From Lineus longissimus (Eukaryota): a DNA stretch of 64,000 nt. The stretch is taken from positions 2,108,001 to 2,172,000 of the forward strand of contig NC_088308.1 in NCBI RefSeq assembly GCF_910592395.1, in the 5' to 3' direction. The translations under genes and the position numbers were made by a program. The notes beneath the pieces were generated by a model. That model was not told the origin of the DNA and did not search any database. It saw nothing but the letters and a program-made list of their open reading frames with translations. Of this stretch, positions 24,831 through 39,018 are shown in pieces; within the stretch, counting starts at the first letter, position 1, and every line of letters begins with the position of its first letter.

Positions 24831-25724
24831 TGGTGTGTTCACACTGGATGCGAATTGAAACCGAATTCCGTAGAGCGCTCTCCGGAATACGAATTGATTA
24901 ATCCAGTTTCTGAACGGTCGCGTCACACTGGCCCGAATACGCATTCAAATTGGTTTAAAACGCGCCACACTCAATGCATACTAACGACGCGCCATCTATT
25001 ATTATTATTATTATTATTTATTAACCTCCCATATGGGAGAATAAAATTTACGAGTACAAAACATATAAGTATATAATATCACAGTATCACACAGTCATTA
25101 TTAACAAGTTAAAATCGCGTAAGGTGCTTGACCATTTCCATCTCCCGGCCATGCCTATTGCCAAAGTTCGGGTCAAAGAGGAGTGTCCTCAGCGAGTCAA
25201 CACCACCGTCGCTAAATGCGGAGAATCCCGGCCTCGCCCTCGAAAACGAGGCCAAAACCGGGGAAAACCCCGCCGCGACGATGTTGCTGACCAGCGTACC
25301 TTTGACCAACGAACCGGCGGCAACATACCTTGCCAGGAAATGGAAATGCAAGTCACGTGCAAGGGAGTTGATTTTTCCCTATTCTATGGCATAACGAAAA
25401 ACGATTTGAGTTAATGAGATCATTTAAATACATCAGTTAACTAGTTCGGAGCACTAGTTCCCGCGGTCAAAGGTCACTTTCCATGTGCCGGGCGCATGCG
25501 CAGTGCGATCGAAAACCTTAATTCGTATCAAGCGCGTCACACTTGAAATCTCAATACGGTTTCGTTGATTCGGATTAGCTGATTCGCATTCAATTCGGTT
25601 TAAGAACCGTGTTGGTTAAAGCGGATTGAGATCGGTATGAACCGAATTGAGTGTGACGCCCCAATACGTATCAACGTTTTAATTCGAATTCAATTCGTGT
25701 TAAAACCCCAGTGTGACCACGGCA
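24831..25724. mobile_element. Non-autonomous TIR DNA transposon, PIF/Harbinger-like
   Basis: Imperfect 17-bp TIR (TGGTGTGTTCACACTGG vs reverse complement TGCCGTGGTCACACTGG, 14/17). TAT flanks both sides (3-bp TSD). Repeated TCACACT/CGAATT subterminal motifs, CpG-rich, no transposase. Confidence 0.7.
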
Positions 25725-28700
25725 TATGATGAATCCAGGTCATCATAATATTTTCGGAAAAGTTTTCAGGGAATAGGCCTAATCCTGACTGAAATGGTAA
25801 AGCCTGTTAGTTACAATTCTCATTATTATACTCTGAATACAAAGAATGTTTGGAGTCTTTTTATAAGGTGAGAATAGGACAATCTAGGGCCAATGACTTT
25901 GAGGGATTTTTCATAAAGCGTTATTATGAAAAGGTGATTGATATCATGCAGTGTCCAAGAGGGTAATAACAGGCCAACTTTACACCTACAGCGGGCCATT
26001 CTCTATCAATTGTCCTTGATACATTAAACAGCAAATATTTTCACCTGAAATGTTTGACAACTTGAAATTGTAACAGTGACCAATCATTCATATAAATTTT
26101 AAGGCAAAGGGTAGAAGATATATCATTATATTCTGAGCCGACCTATATTTTTCCTAGTTTAAGCCTCGAGCTATAGTCAGGGTGAGAACCAACCAGGAAT
26201 ACACCTCCAAATTTAATTGGCTAGAAAACTAGGTTTTGAACAAATAAGTATCTCCGCTAGAATGATTCCCTGCTCCACTTTTCTGAGATTATATTGAAAT
26301 TGAGAGGATGTGCCAAGGCATGACTAGCCAGTGCCAAATGCACAAAAAAAGTTTTTTTGATCACAACCACATTTAAAGCCATGGCAACACACAAAAGCAG
26401 TAAACCACCAGTCATAACAAGATTTGTCGTGATATCTGAACATCCACCCCAATCTGAACACAAAAGACACACATGTAACTTTGGGACTTTTCAACAACAA
26501 CATTCACAGTGTGATGACTGCTTACTAACCTCAGTTAGATAACCTACCCATCAAATTAGGAGAACACAACTTCAATTCACTGGTACTTGGCAAGGCAAGG
26601 ACGCCAGTGCCTAATCTGATTGTTGAATTAGGAACCTCCAAGGAACAAATTCTAAGGGGGTCTTAGTTTAATTGAAAGAGGAATGATAGACCACTGGTCA
26701 AAAGAAGCTTTGAAATTCCCTACAGAATCAAACATCAAAGCAGATGCCCCAATGCAATTTGTTCAATTACACTTGAAAAGAATTAAGAGTATTGCAGCAA
26801 GACGTTGTCAATGGAATTGGAGGGTAATGTAACATGTTTTTCATCACCAGGATGACCATTGAGATCCTGTGAAAGGGACATGTAACAACAAGTGTAAATC
26901 ATCCACAAGTGGCAAAGAAAGTCACTGAAGCACAAGGACTCCAGGTTCTGATTGTGAAGTGAAGAAAGAAGAAGCATTGCATTTGTACTTGTAGTGGTCC
27001 CAGTCATCAAGAAGGTCAATGTGATTTCAGATTGCAAACGAAACATGTCCAGAAGGTTCATCACTGGCCCAATATCAAATCCACCAAAGCTTGAGCGACC
27101 GTTCGATACCAGGAGTGTACAATATCAGATTCAGACTGTACTAGGAACACCACCCAACTTAGCCTGACACAGTTCTCAAAGTCTTGGGACATTAAAGTTT
27201 TGCATAAAAATCGTCCCAATGGAAAGCATCCGAATTGTTTACCGGGCATGAAATTGCGCACTGAAACCGCCAAGGAAATGACAGGCCATGATACTTGTTA
27301 AACAAAAGATTCACCAGACTGCAATGGTAAATATGGAGTTGCTGCCCAATGTTTGAGAATCTCGAATTGCACCATGAAACTGGCGAACACTTTTAAGTGG
27401 ATTGGCGTGGACATTGTGTGCGAGTGATGTCCGACTGCCAGTTCAGAGCATGTGCGATCTTCATGAGAGACGTTTCATGCCCAAGGATTTTATGGATCTT
27501 TACTTGCTGGGCATCCTGTTCCTATTTGTAATTATTATTTTGACCTTAATCTATCTTCATCTTTCTGGGCGGGCGTAAAACTAATTCGCATCGGGTAAGG
27601 GATGGCTGAAGGAATTTGTCCATCGTTGAGTACCAGAGGGAAGAACAAATAATGTCCTTGATGCTGATAGCATGCAGACTTGCCACATTTGCAGCATTTG
27701 CCCAACTTTATTGAAAGTTCAATTAACAGGTGTTTTTCATGCTCCAGAATATAGGCCTAGAGTTTAACGCAAGGCCAGCGCTATTATCACGTAGAGGCAG
27801 CACTGTTACCATTTGATGTGCGTTGAATAGCTGCAGCTGTGCCAAGTGGTACGCCTGAATGATGAATAAATTGTGGCTTCAATGTATTCACAATTCAATG
27901 AAAACAGCAAGGGCTTCCGCAAATGTCAAATGGCCATTTTACTATGATGTACAATGTGCTGCAGAATGAAAAAGCAGAATGAAAAAGCATGCAAAAGTTT
28001 CAAGTTTTAATGTTGGTGGTCAAACCTGGTGTATAAATCATTGTTGCCCATGGATGTCCTCTTATTTCAATATTGGGGCGTGCATCTAGAAATAGGACAT
28101 CATCAGACACTTGCGTTTAGGCTGTCAATCTAAAAATACAATCCTTTTAAGAGCGCCACACTCTCACATTTGAATTTCAAAGGAAAGCAAACATGGGTCA
28201 ATAGTCTCTTATAGAAATTGGTGCCAAGCACACAGAGATGATATTTTAGAGATTCGCCAAAATGCATGGATGGCTCGGTATATAGCTAAAGGCTTACTTT
28301 AATGGGGTCAATCTTGCTAGGCTTATACTAGAGTTGTAGTCACCACGCATGCATGTAATAAAATACTAGGTCCTAGGATAAAAGGATAGCATAAGATATC
28401 ATAAATTATCCTTTAATAAGTAGAAAAAGTACATAAAGGAATTACAAATGTCAGGTTTCAGCTCATGGAGCATGAAAGGCTTGCTTATGCTTTAGCCAGG
28501 TACTGAACCAGTGTTTAGCACTCTTTGGTCACATGCAAGCAGTTTTGTAAGTTTGACTTGAGTTAGTTGACCATGGGTAATTTTCTTTAGGTAACATTTT
28601 AGCAAAGAAATGTGGTAAACAGGATTTGTGCTAATGTTAGATCATTTCGTCTACATGGTATACTCAGCTGAGACCAAGCGAGCTGTGTGCCAAGAGTGGA

Positions 28701-31700
28701 CACCAACAGAAACGACTGGTGAAAAATTCAACAATTTGGAGGAAGTTTTAAACAGCTTTTGCCACTGTCACTACAGAAAAGCATTTGTTTCATGCAGATT
28801 CTTGCATCATTGATCTTGCAACCCTACTCTTTGAATGTCTAAGTTCCAGGTTACACCAACAGTTTAAATTGATGCTATTAAATAAGTAATTATGTCATTT
28901 CAAAGTAAACAAATGGAAACAATTTTGACAATACCAATTTAAACACCCATTGTTTGACTATACCAATAAATGTCAACAATTAATATTTAAATTATTTGGC
29001 TCCGAATACCAATTCAGTAGGAAGATTTCAGAACAAAACTAGGCTCCAAGCCCAGTGTTTACCCCCATTGCCATAGTAACTAACAAACATTGCAAATTTG
29101 CTGCAGGAAAAATTGTATAATTTCAAAATGGCCGACAGGTAACCATGGTGATACAATTAATGCCTAGGCCTCAATGGAAACTGAAGTGTTTACCCTGGAA
29201 GCAATTATTTCATCTTCTTTGTTATTCATTGAGTATATTGTCAAAAATCATATAAGGTATTATTCCATGTATTTGTCATGTGCCACAAGTTTGTAACACA
29301 ATGTAGGCCTATAAAGATGTGATTCTAATAGTACTAATACACTGTTTGTTGTGCACAAATTGATGACAGACCAGTAAAAGTGAAATGCCATTGTCCGATT
29401 AACTTGTCAAACTTCAGATGCAACAGCAAATCCAATATTAAATGGAGTTCCCTATTTTCAGCACCAACAAGTCCTGAAATCACCTTGGTAACCCTCGGCA
29501 ACCACTTGGCCAGATGGCATTTGTTTGATCTCCGGCTACAAGTCATTGACCTCATGGACATTAATTCAATCATTTGGTTGGAAGCTTGGCTTCCTGACAC
29601 TATTGCCTGATGAAGCAATCGCATGGAAAATCTAGCTCGCAAAATTTGTCTTCTGGACATTTGGAGCTACAGCATCAATGAGATGACAATTACATCCCAA
29701 ATTAATTAGCGTGACAGCAAATGGACAAATTAATTTGAATTTATAATAACAATAGCTAATAGCATGTTTGTATGATTCTGGGTATATTTAGAGTTGAGGT
29801 TGAATGGCACGCTGTAACATTGACGTTGGAGAGATAATAAAGTGGTCAAGTTGAAATTGCTCGAGCACTGACATGTGACATTTGAAGCACTTAATATGTG
29901 ATTGCAAACTGAGAGCGGAAATCAAATTTAAACCAAAATGCAACAACAGAAATCAATGTAGCATGTAATTTTGCACATTGCATGGATACAGTTGTTGGTC
30001 CATACATTTCCTTCCACCTCATCAACAGAACTTCTGCATGTTTATTTTACTCCAAACATATTAAGTATCAGAAAGGCTTACAAATGCATTAATTGAAACA
30101 ATTTCCTTAGTTTCAATGATTGATTTCATGCCATTCAATCGACTAACAGATTCTGCTAATTAATACAGTCCACCACTCAAACTCCTGAACAACAAATGCT
30201 TAGCTCCCCTATTTGATGTATTAATTGTGTAACCTAGCTTATTGATTTATATTACTTCAATAAATGATTTACAAAATGTCCATTTATGGAAGGAGGGAGG
30301 GATGTAAGGTCAATATGGCCTCGATATTGGGGTTTTCATAGTGTATGTTACGTGGTAATGTTTGGCTAACTATATATAACACTCACACAATCAAGCCTGC
30401 CCATGTTTTCTTAAAGAAATGAATGTATGGATTGAGTAATGCGCCACCCCAAAACGGGAGATTTCCTTGGCGCAGACAATGAAACCATAGACTATCTCCC
30501 ATGTCCACCTTGTGTGAGTGAGGGCAGATCTCTCAGCCCACCTCTCAGCTCAAACCAAATGCCCCAAAGTCAAGTTTATAACTGACAGCTGCGAAGTACA
30601 ACAAGTCATTAAAATGTATCATCCTTTTGTTCGAGAATAACCAGGCTGAAGTCAGCTTGGCAAAGACCGCTACAGGGTCACATGTAGTTCAGTTTTGGCC
30701 CCCTATTTCTGGATAGAATCCAGGGGCTTCAGCTTGAGGGCAACATACCTGTCCAATCAAACATGAAGCCAATACTCCTGACTAATTGGCAAATAATGGA
30801 AAGAATTTAGGAATGCCACCCAAAGACCCTTTGGTGTATTTTGTTCAAGGAGCTTAGATACCCTTGTTGGTATTTCCTTTCTAGTTTTAATGAATGATAA
30901 TCAGTTTAGAGAACTGGTGACTATATAGATCAAAGGATTAGTACAATATTCAAATTGTTCATATTGTTAACAATATAATTTGTAATTGATCACTGCTTCA
31001 TGTGCAATGTAGATGTGAGGGTTAATATTACCGTTGATATAACAAACAGCCTACAAACATACAAAGCCAGAACTCTCCTGATAGTAAAATTTGTTGATGA
31101 TATCTTTGGATACATGATCAGGCATTGTAATACTCATTCAGATTTATGATAAGGAGGTTATCAACTGTTTGTCAAAACGAACTTTGCGATTGGGAACTTG
31201 ATCATTGAATTAGAAGATGTGGGTAATTGAAAAATCAAAATTACGATAGCAAAAGATTCTAGGAAGTATCAGGAGATAAAGTACACTCAACTGTGGATGA
31301 CAAGCACCACATGGATCCTGCTCAGTCATACCTTCAAGAAATGTCTTCTGAAGAAACTTTCAATTCTTTACTTTTGTTTAAAGTTGTGGTACAGATTTGC
31401 AATTCCAAGTATGAGAAATCCCTTGATCTCACTGTCCATTTATACCATTTTTCTTCACACCCACGCAAACTAACACATCACAGCATCCAATTTCTCAGAC
31501 AGACAACCGTGGTCGAAATTTATTCAAAGAACGAGGCTAAGTTTAGGCCGCTCACACACAAATCCAGAACAAGCCTGGAGCTCTTTTTGTTTCAAGACCT
31601 CAGTGAGGAAAGGCAGTGAAAGTAAATGGAACATCCAGATCAAGCCATGTTGGATATCTTCAGTTTGCCCACTCTTGGTAGACCTGGCCAGTAGTATATT

Positions 31701-34700
31701 TTGCCATTAAATCATGCTTCTCAAGTACCACACCAAGCTTTCCCAAACCAGGCAAAATACACACCTAAAGGCAAGATGACTTACTTAACTTTCATTTCTG
31801 TAGTTTGTGATGCTTCCTGGGGCTGTGACTATTCTAACACACCATTGTTGGCTGCATCTATCTTTTGGGCAACAACACAATCGAAACTTAGAGGTCACGA
31901 CCCCCGTATTGTTGACAGGGCAGGGGAACCCTCGCTTGGTCTATTTTGGATATTCCTCGGGCCGCAATGAGTCACAGTGTCCAAATTAGCAAAAATAATC
32001 GCCCTGATCTTTGGTGATGCCACTAAACAGCTTGGTTTTCTAATCAGCAGTGGCTGTAGTATCGTGAAAATTACAGCAATGTTTGATGTGTACCTTCGTC
32101 CAAGGTGATCAAACATGGTGTACAGATCAATATTTTGTTAGACACAGACCAACGGGCGAGATGACCACATCAAATTCTCAATATATCAGATATCTTTCAC
32201 TGTTATCACGTTAGACTATGGTACCTAACGAGTCGATCAACCACCATGCAGCTTAGCAGTATCTGAACACCAAGTGTCTGGATGACTTCACACAAGTCTG
32301 GTACTTGTCAAGTTGTTTGAGGTGACTCACTGCTTCCTCCCTCCCTTCCAAAAGGCATCATAGGTGGCTACAATCAGGAACCCAAGATAACCCTTCGCAA
32401 TGTCTGATAAGTATGGAAACAAGGCCAGCCTTGAGGTGTGCCCCAGTCTGACTCACCGATTGCTCGAGGTTGCCCCTAGAAACCATGATAAATAACACCA
32501 GAGTAGATATCTTTCTGATAAGAGAAAGTCATAGATTTTTTTTAAATTCATCATAACAAAAGATGTTTAATCAAAATTGCAGCATATTTGCTTACAATTA
32601 ATGAGCGTTCTAGATTGATTGCTCATTTCTATAATGCCACCCAGCAACCATAAGCTAAAAGTGACCAATGGAGTTTTCAGTGTTGGGAAGGCAACATCCA
32701 TAGAAGCAATAATCAATGGAGATCAGGATAGGTTTGGCCAAATGACCATCCTGGCTTCTGCGACTCCACCTGGTTCGATCGTGTCATATATCTTGCCTGA
32801 AAATGCACAAAATTGGCACAAAAAGGGCACAATATTATCTGATTTTCAGTTTTGCAGCAAATGAATGTAACTCGAGATGTAATGGATTATGATGACATGT
32901 TATAGGAAGCCACAGATGGTCTGTGTAGGGTATACAGCAGGGAATACAAGCACGGGTTAACATGTGCTGGCATGGCGGGGAGACCGCGCGCCGCTCTGCG
33001 AGGAAGCAGACAAAAATAGACATATTGATCAAATTTATGCGGTGCTTTTGTTTGATATGTCGGAACATTTGCCTATTGTCTGCAGGCCATTCAGCAGCAG
33101 GATTTTCTATCTACCCGACTGCGCTGGGTCAATCAGCGTTTATCAGATGTTACCACGCGTTCATCGAGGCCTTGGTAATTTCATGGAATCAGGGCTGCAG
33201 TTGTTATTTGTGTATATTTACCTAGATATTGATCGTAATAAGAGGTAGGCGGGTCCAGTGATCCTACGGATGAGAAACATGCTTGTTGGAAACATGACCT
33301 TCTGATTACAGTACTGAGTGAAAACGTTCATGACTTTTCTCAAGAAAGATTGTTTTAGCTCAGCCAGACAGATCATTGGCTTTGGCTCAATGTTCCTTCA
33401 CTTTCACTCTAAAAGTCCTGGGTACGTGGGAACTTTGGACTTGCTGGAGGTAGGAGACCTCTGATAGACTTGGGAGCCCTGTGTGTCAAGAAGGTCCAAG
33501 AGGGGAAATAACAACTTTAAATGCCTGACACTTGATGCCACCTCTCACACACGCCACTGCTAGGTGGTCCAATCTATAACCCAAGGGTTATAAAATGCGT
33601 CTTCGAAGAAGACAAAGCAATGAGAAAAACAAAGATTTCCTAGTGTTGCCGCGTTACCCTAACAGCATGAGAAAGTTCCCAAATATGTCCAACCATTTCA
33701 TCGCCAGCAACCTTGAGGCAATTGGTTGCATGCCTTATCACAAGTCCTTTTTCATTATCAAATCTACACACAAAAATGCAGAGCTGGAAAACAATGGTCT
33801 CAACCATCCTCCACACAGCAGGGATAACCTTCCTTCTCGGCGCCCTCGGCAGAAAATTGCATGAGTGTTGCTGACATGAAGTATTTACGACACGTGCTGT
33901 AATATGCAGCATATTTCATGCATTTGATGCAAGTTTGTCGATATTTATTCCAGGATTAAAAGAATTTCACAGCAGGGTGAAGCAAAGCGACAGCAATTGA
34001 TTTCATTGAGAGGCTATAACGTTTGTATGAGAAGCCAAAGATGAAAAACTCGACATTTATTGCAAGGTGCTATAATCATGCACAGAATGTACTAGCCAAA
34101 CTTTTCCATCTACAGAAATAAAAAGGACTTCTTTGTAATGGAGTAAGTTTGATTTAGAGGAACATGCCAGCTTAATGATGTTGCATGGTGACTGCACGTG
34201 ATATCAATACCAGTCTTAGACAAAAGAAGCTGCATCAGTCAAGCAACAATGCAACAGAGTGACATCCACTCGCACCCAGAGATCCACAAGACAAGCAGGG
34301 CGAAGCGTGTGTTCTCAACTGATATGAAGCATGCTAAACTTCATTTCACAAAGTTGAATGATGTCCACATGCACCCAGAGACACTGTACCATTAAGGGCG
34401 GGGCACTGATTATCAAACGATTGAGATCCAATTTGACCATCACCAACAATGGTAGAGCACTTGAACTCTTAGAGGAACTCGTGTTGTTTGACTAGAACAT
34501 CAGGTGTCTTCATGTACCCAGAGACACAGAAGGTGCGTGATGGGTGGAGTGGCTTTGAAGGCATGTAGATGATCTTAGATCTATTATTTGAACATGACAT
34601 TCTCAAGAGCAGCCCTAACGTGCAAGCTCATTCTAATCCCAAATAATCACTCATCTCATCTGCCCAGCATCAACTTGACTGATAACAGGAAAGCACCCCA

Positions 34701-37700
34701 TTCAGAGTCAGGGAAAAACCTGCCTTGGAAAATCCAACTAATTAGCAAAAATCTCATACATGATACGCAAAGGGTCATAAACTTTAGCATGAAAAGGAAA
34801 AAGGGTTTATCACAAACACTGTGATATTGTCATCCGCGCGTGCAGAACCACCTGGTCTAACCCAAAAGATACCATTCATGCGATTCCTATGATATCTTGT
34901 GAGCAGGGTATTAAAATGCAAGGGTGACTCATTAAATTTACATGCAAATGGTGAGCCTGCGTGTATTTTGCATGAAGATTTGCAGGGAGGCACGCGCCAA
35001 AAAAGAATTGTCTCCATGTGTGTCATTGTGGTTTCCAACCATCTGGGGCTCTTCAAGGACCATTTTGAAGTCTGTGACACACACAGACACAGTCAATGAC
35101 TAGTGTATTGAAGTGGGATAGGGGTTATGAATATTACATGATAAATATTGAAATATCACTTGTAAACCTGCGACTGTATGCAGTCAATACATAAACCTAT
35201 ATGAAACGCCCACTGACATTAGGTCATCAACACTTCAAAACTTACAGCAAATTTTCAATTCGGTGCATCCACACCAACCCAATTCATTTGAATTTACATG
35301 AAATCGAAAATGAAAGTTTACTAGGTAATGGACAAGGCAGATATTATGACCTCAACTGATCTTATCGTCTCCCCTGAGAAGCCTCTTATGATATTTTCTC
35401 TCATTGTAGGAGATTGATATTCCCAAGCCTGGTGTGCCTTCAGTAGATTCTTCCAGACCACAACAACCCACGGAGAAGCCTTATGGTGACAACAGGGAGA
35501 GGGGAGGAGAATTTTCACCAAACCAAGGGTGGGCAAAGCCATCACCAAGTGAAGAAGACCTTCCATCGAATTCCTACTCATCCAATCCTTATAGTACATT
35601 ACACAATACCTGTATAACTTCTTCTTAAGATGACAAAGATCACACAAAGGATGTCAAATTATGACTCCTCCTGAATTCCCCCTCGACAAGCTATGACAAG
35701 ACGTAACAAGACATCGTCATTATAGTTGCCACGACATCGCTAATGAATCTAAAGGATTTTCACATCATTTTGACAGGATTTTCCTAGTTAGCATGATTAA
35801 TATAATCTCAAATTCCCACAAGACAATTGGCTTCAAGATTCACACCATACCGTGCGAAAGATAAATTAGCGTTAGCATAATAGATGCGGACACCGCCGCC
35901 ATATTGTCCATTCGCCAAAGACACTCAACCATATTGGGTATTCCACCAAGTTAATGAGGCAGAAACTTTCTGGCCATAATTCCGCTGATAAATCATAAAA
36001 CAGAGAAAGTGAATATGGGGTTCGGAAACAATTTATGAACATTTCCATATAGAGTGGACAAATTGGTCAATATTCTAATGCAAATCTTGATGGTTTTGAT
36101 TTTCATGTCTTTTATGAGACAAAGGATGGAAGGTGGATGATTCTTTGTCAAGTTGGTTCCAGGACAGGTTGACAAGAAACAGTTGTGTATTTACATATGG
36201 AAGAGTACATTAACCTATTGGTGATTCTAGTACGGTTGCAAGGACATGGAGTCAATCAACGTGAGCAGGGTTCGGAGTGTGACAAAAAGCAATAAGAATA
36301 CCCTTCATCACCGCTTTACTTCATTAGTGATGTGCATGTCACAAAGAAACAGTCGATTCTAGGGCTTTGTCTTGCTCATGATGGGAAAAAGAAAACTGTC
36401 ATCCATGATACGAGTGGTATGACTTGGTATTCAAGTGCAGTTCAAGTTGCCAGGCGGCTTCTTTGATATCAGTCTTGAGGATGAAGTCAAGATGTTCGAT
36501 TTGAAGCAATACGATTTTGTAATCAACTGCTATTATCCATGTTTTGAAATGATATAATGGAAAATATGTACCCAGGGGGCTGGTCATTCACAATTTCATT
36601 TATGGTACTCAAGGCAGAAAGGTTTGACTTCATCAGTCTAGGGCCTACTAAACAGAGGTCTTCAAGTACATTGTATACCTAATCTAGAAATTACTTATTT
36701 CTGCACATATTATGAGTTCATTCTTAACAATTCTTTACAAAGATTGACAAAATCATGATGGCTGTCATGGCGCCATATTGAAAGTTCTATCAATACCAGG
36801 TTGCTTCAGGTGTAAACACCGTAAGTGCATTAGCCAGGAACAAACAACTTCTCACAGTACACTACATTTCAACAATGCTCAGGAAGTGGCTTATTTTTCC
36901 CTCAAATAAAGGCCATTATATGATCACACCAATTACAGCTAACAAGTTTCAGAAGCAAAAGGGATTAAGTTCCAAACCAATCATGAAACTGACATGCAAT
37001 ATCCTCAGATTCAGTTCACTGTCACACTTTTTACCTCAAATATTGCATTGATAAGCAAAAACATTATCACTTTACACTTTGCAGGAGAAAAATCACCATT
37101 TCCCTTTCAATGTTCTCAAAGCTTCAGTGCATGAAAGGAAATTTGCCACATCAGATATCGCACCACAAAAAGTAATAGTATGCAGAATACAGCAGACAAA
37201 ACATCAACAATGCAACGAAATTGGGTAACTTTCAGACAAATCTGCCTAAGGGAAACTAGCAGCATATGCAATGGTGACACGTGACCATTATGCTGAACAG
37301 AGAAACAGCGAGGAAAAGTAATTATTTATTCATGCACAGAAAACAATACCGTGGCGTACATATCGATGCCTGTCTTCCGATCAGGGAGTTACAGCAATAC
37401 AGGATACACACAGACCAAGGGGAAACAGTACAAATAAGATGCATGTTTGCCGTGGGCCAGGTTTCTGATTAATTATTCATTTCCATGAATATTAAACACA
37501 AGGTAAAAAACTGAAACAATAGGCCGGGCCAAACCTTTGAGTCACTTTTGTCAAGGCTATGGCCATGGGATTGTTGAAGACTGAGGCATGATAAGTTGAC
37601 TGAGAATGTTGTTGTGACATTGACCAGGGGATCTTATTTTGTTTTCAATCAGGTAAAAGAAGCAGCAGAAAGTAAGCTCGATAGTTGGTAAATATCCAAT

Positions 37701-38822
37701 CTGAGATCATAAAAGCAGACAGAAAATGAAATTGGAAGAACTTCAAATTAGCAGTGATTTGGCTCCCTATTGGTCAAAATGACTAAACTGGGCCTGTTTT
37801 GAGCTTGGGCTATTAAACTTGATACAGTTTCGATATCATGAAAATAGGACATAGTAAAGTAGTCCTATAGTGAGATTGTAACAGTAACTGCACTATGTTC
37901 TTGTCATTGAGGGTGAAGTACAAGTGTTGAAAGTATTTTTAGAACTGCTTACACCAAGACAATACAGATTCAATCAATTGAATTGAACTTATCATCTACT
38001 TGGGACTTCTTCCAATAATATCAGTCAATGTTATGAAACAATATTGTTTTCTAAGGCATTGTGTTTCAATATAAAGGTAGGCCTACAGTTATATTGTACT
38101 TGGTCATTCTCGTATTTCTAATGAAAACAGTTGCTGAGGTTGAGACTGACATTGATAAACTCCACGTTGTGATAAATAATGAAGAGTATTCAATTAATGT
38201 CATGACACTAACAAGGGAAGATTGAGGTAACAAGCAATCAAATTGTTAAATTAGGCTACTAACAGCTATGGTATTATAGTTCCTTTCAAAACATGGCATG
38301 GCAAAATCCATTCGCAGGCAAACAACATAATAATGCATAATTTCACTCAGCCTCACAAAAACCTATAAAATATTCATTCAGTTTTGAGTTATTCCAAGTA
38401 CAGGAACCAGTAACGGTATACTATTGGCTTAACCTTCCAGGGTAATTTCGCATACACTGCCAGCCTCATACCTGGGTTCTCACAGGCAGCAAATCGTGAG
38501 AGCAGTGAAACAAATAATGCTAGCAGGGCATGTATTTTGAGATGTGAGCAAAACAAAGGATTTGGAGCCGATGATTTGATGTGGTGATAAGAGTTGTAAG
38601 CTTGAGTGACAAGATCACCCAGAGAATATCTAGAAGGGTAGGCCATAGAACTTGTGGGTTAGAATATAATTGCACCCCTCAGGTTGAACTCCAGTGTGTC
38701 TTCCCTTAAACACTGGGTCAATCAAATAAGTTCATGTAGAAGTAACTTGCTGAATTACAAATTTCACAATTCATAACTGTGCCACTGAAGCCAAAAATTT
38801 TGAAGTTCAAAATGATCTTTAC

Positions 38823-38927
38823 CTGAACAGCGCAGTTGAGAAAACAGTTGTTTTCTCCAGGCGCATTCTGCAGGCCTTTGGTGCAGGTATACGACATCCG
38901 GCTACGGGATGGCATCATCTTCGACAT
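38823..38927 (-). CDS. USP54: USP53/54 (echinus)-like deubiquitinase, coding exon 1 (start codon, Cys box)
   Basis: MSKMMPSRSRMSYTCTKGLQNAPGENNCFLNCAVQ matches the USP53/54 Cys box (KGLxNxPGxNxCFLNxAVQ). An in-frame TAG upstream supports ATG 38927. Donor CAG|GTAAAG, phase 0. The exon acceptor (polypyrimidine + CAG) at 39045 gives a 5'UTR part 38928-39044. Confidence 0.93.
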
Positions 38928-38934
38928 TTTGTAT

Positions 38935-39018
38935 TCACAATCTTTGCAGCGGGGGTATTCCTATATAAGTTACCCCATGGGTAATATCATCACGTTTGAT
39001 AATCGTTTCCGAGCTCAT
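38935..39018 (-). other. 27-aa upstream ORF in the 5'UTR
   Basis: ATG 39018 to TGA 38935, MSSETIIKRDDITHGVTYIGIPPLQRL. It ends 7 nt before the main ATG and is preceded by a tiny ATG-AAA-TAG uORF. Confidence 0.6.

Noticed and set aside
25109..25414. Three overlapping ORFs of 80-96 aa
   Set aside because: Explained by high GC inside a transposon; no recognisable domain or splice context.
29380..29610. ORF with IIWLEAWL resembling a LINE APE endonuclease motif (ITETWL)
   Set aside because: A single weak motif, with no other endonuclease or RT motifs nearby.
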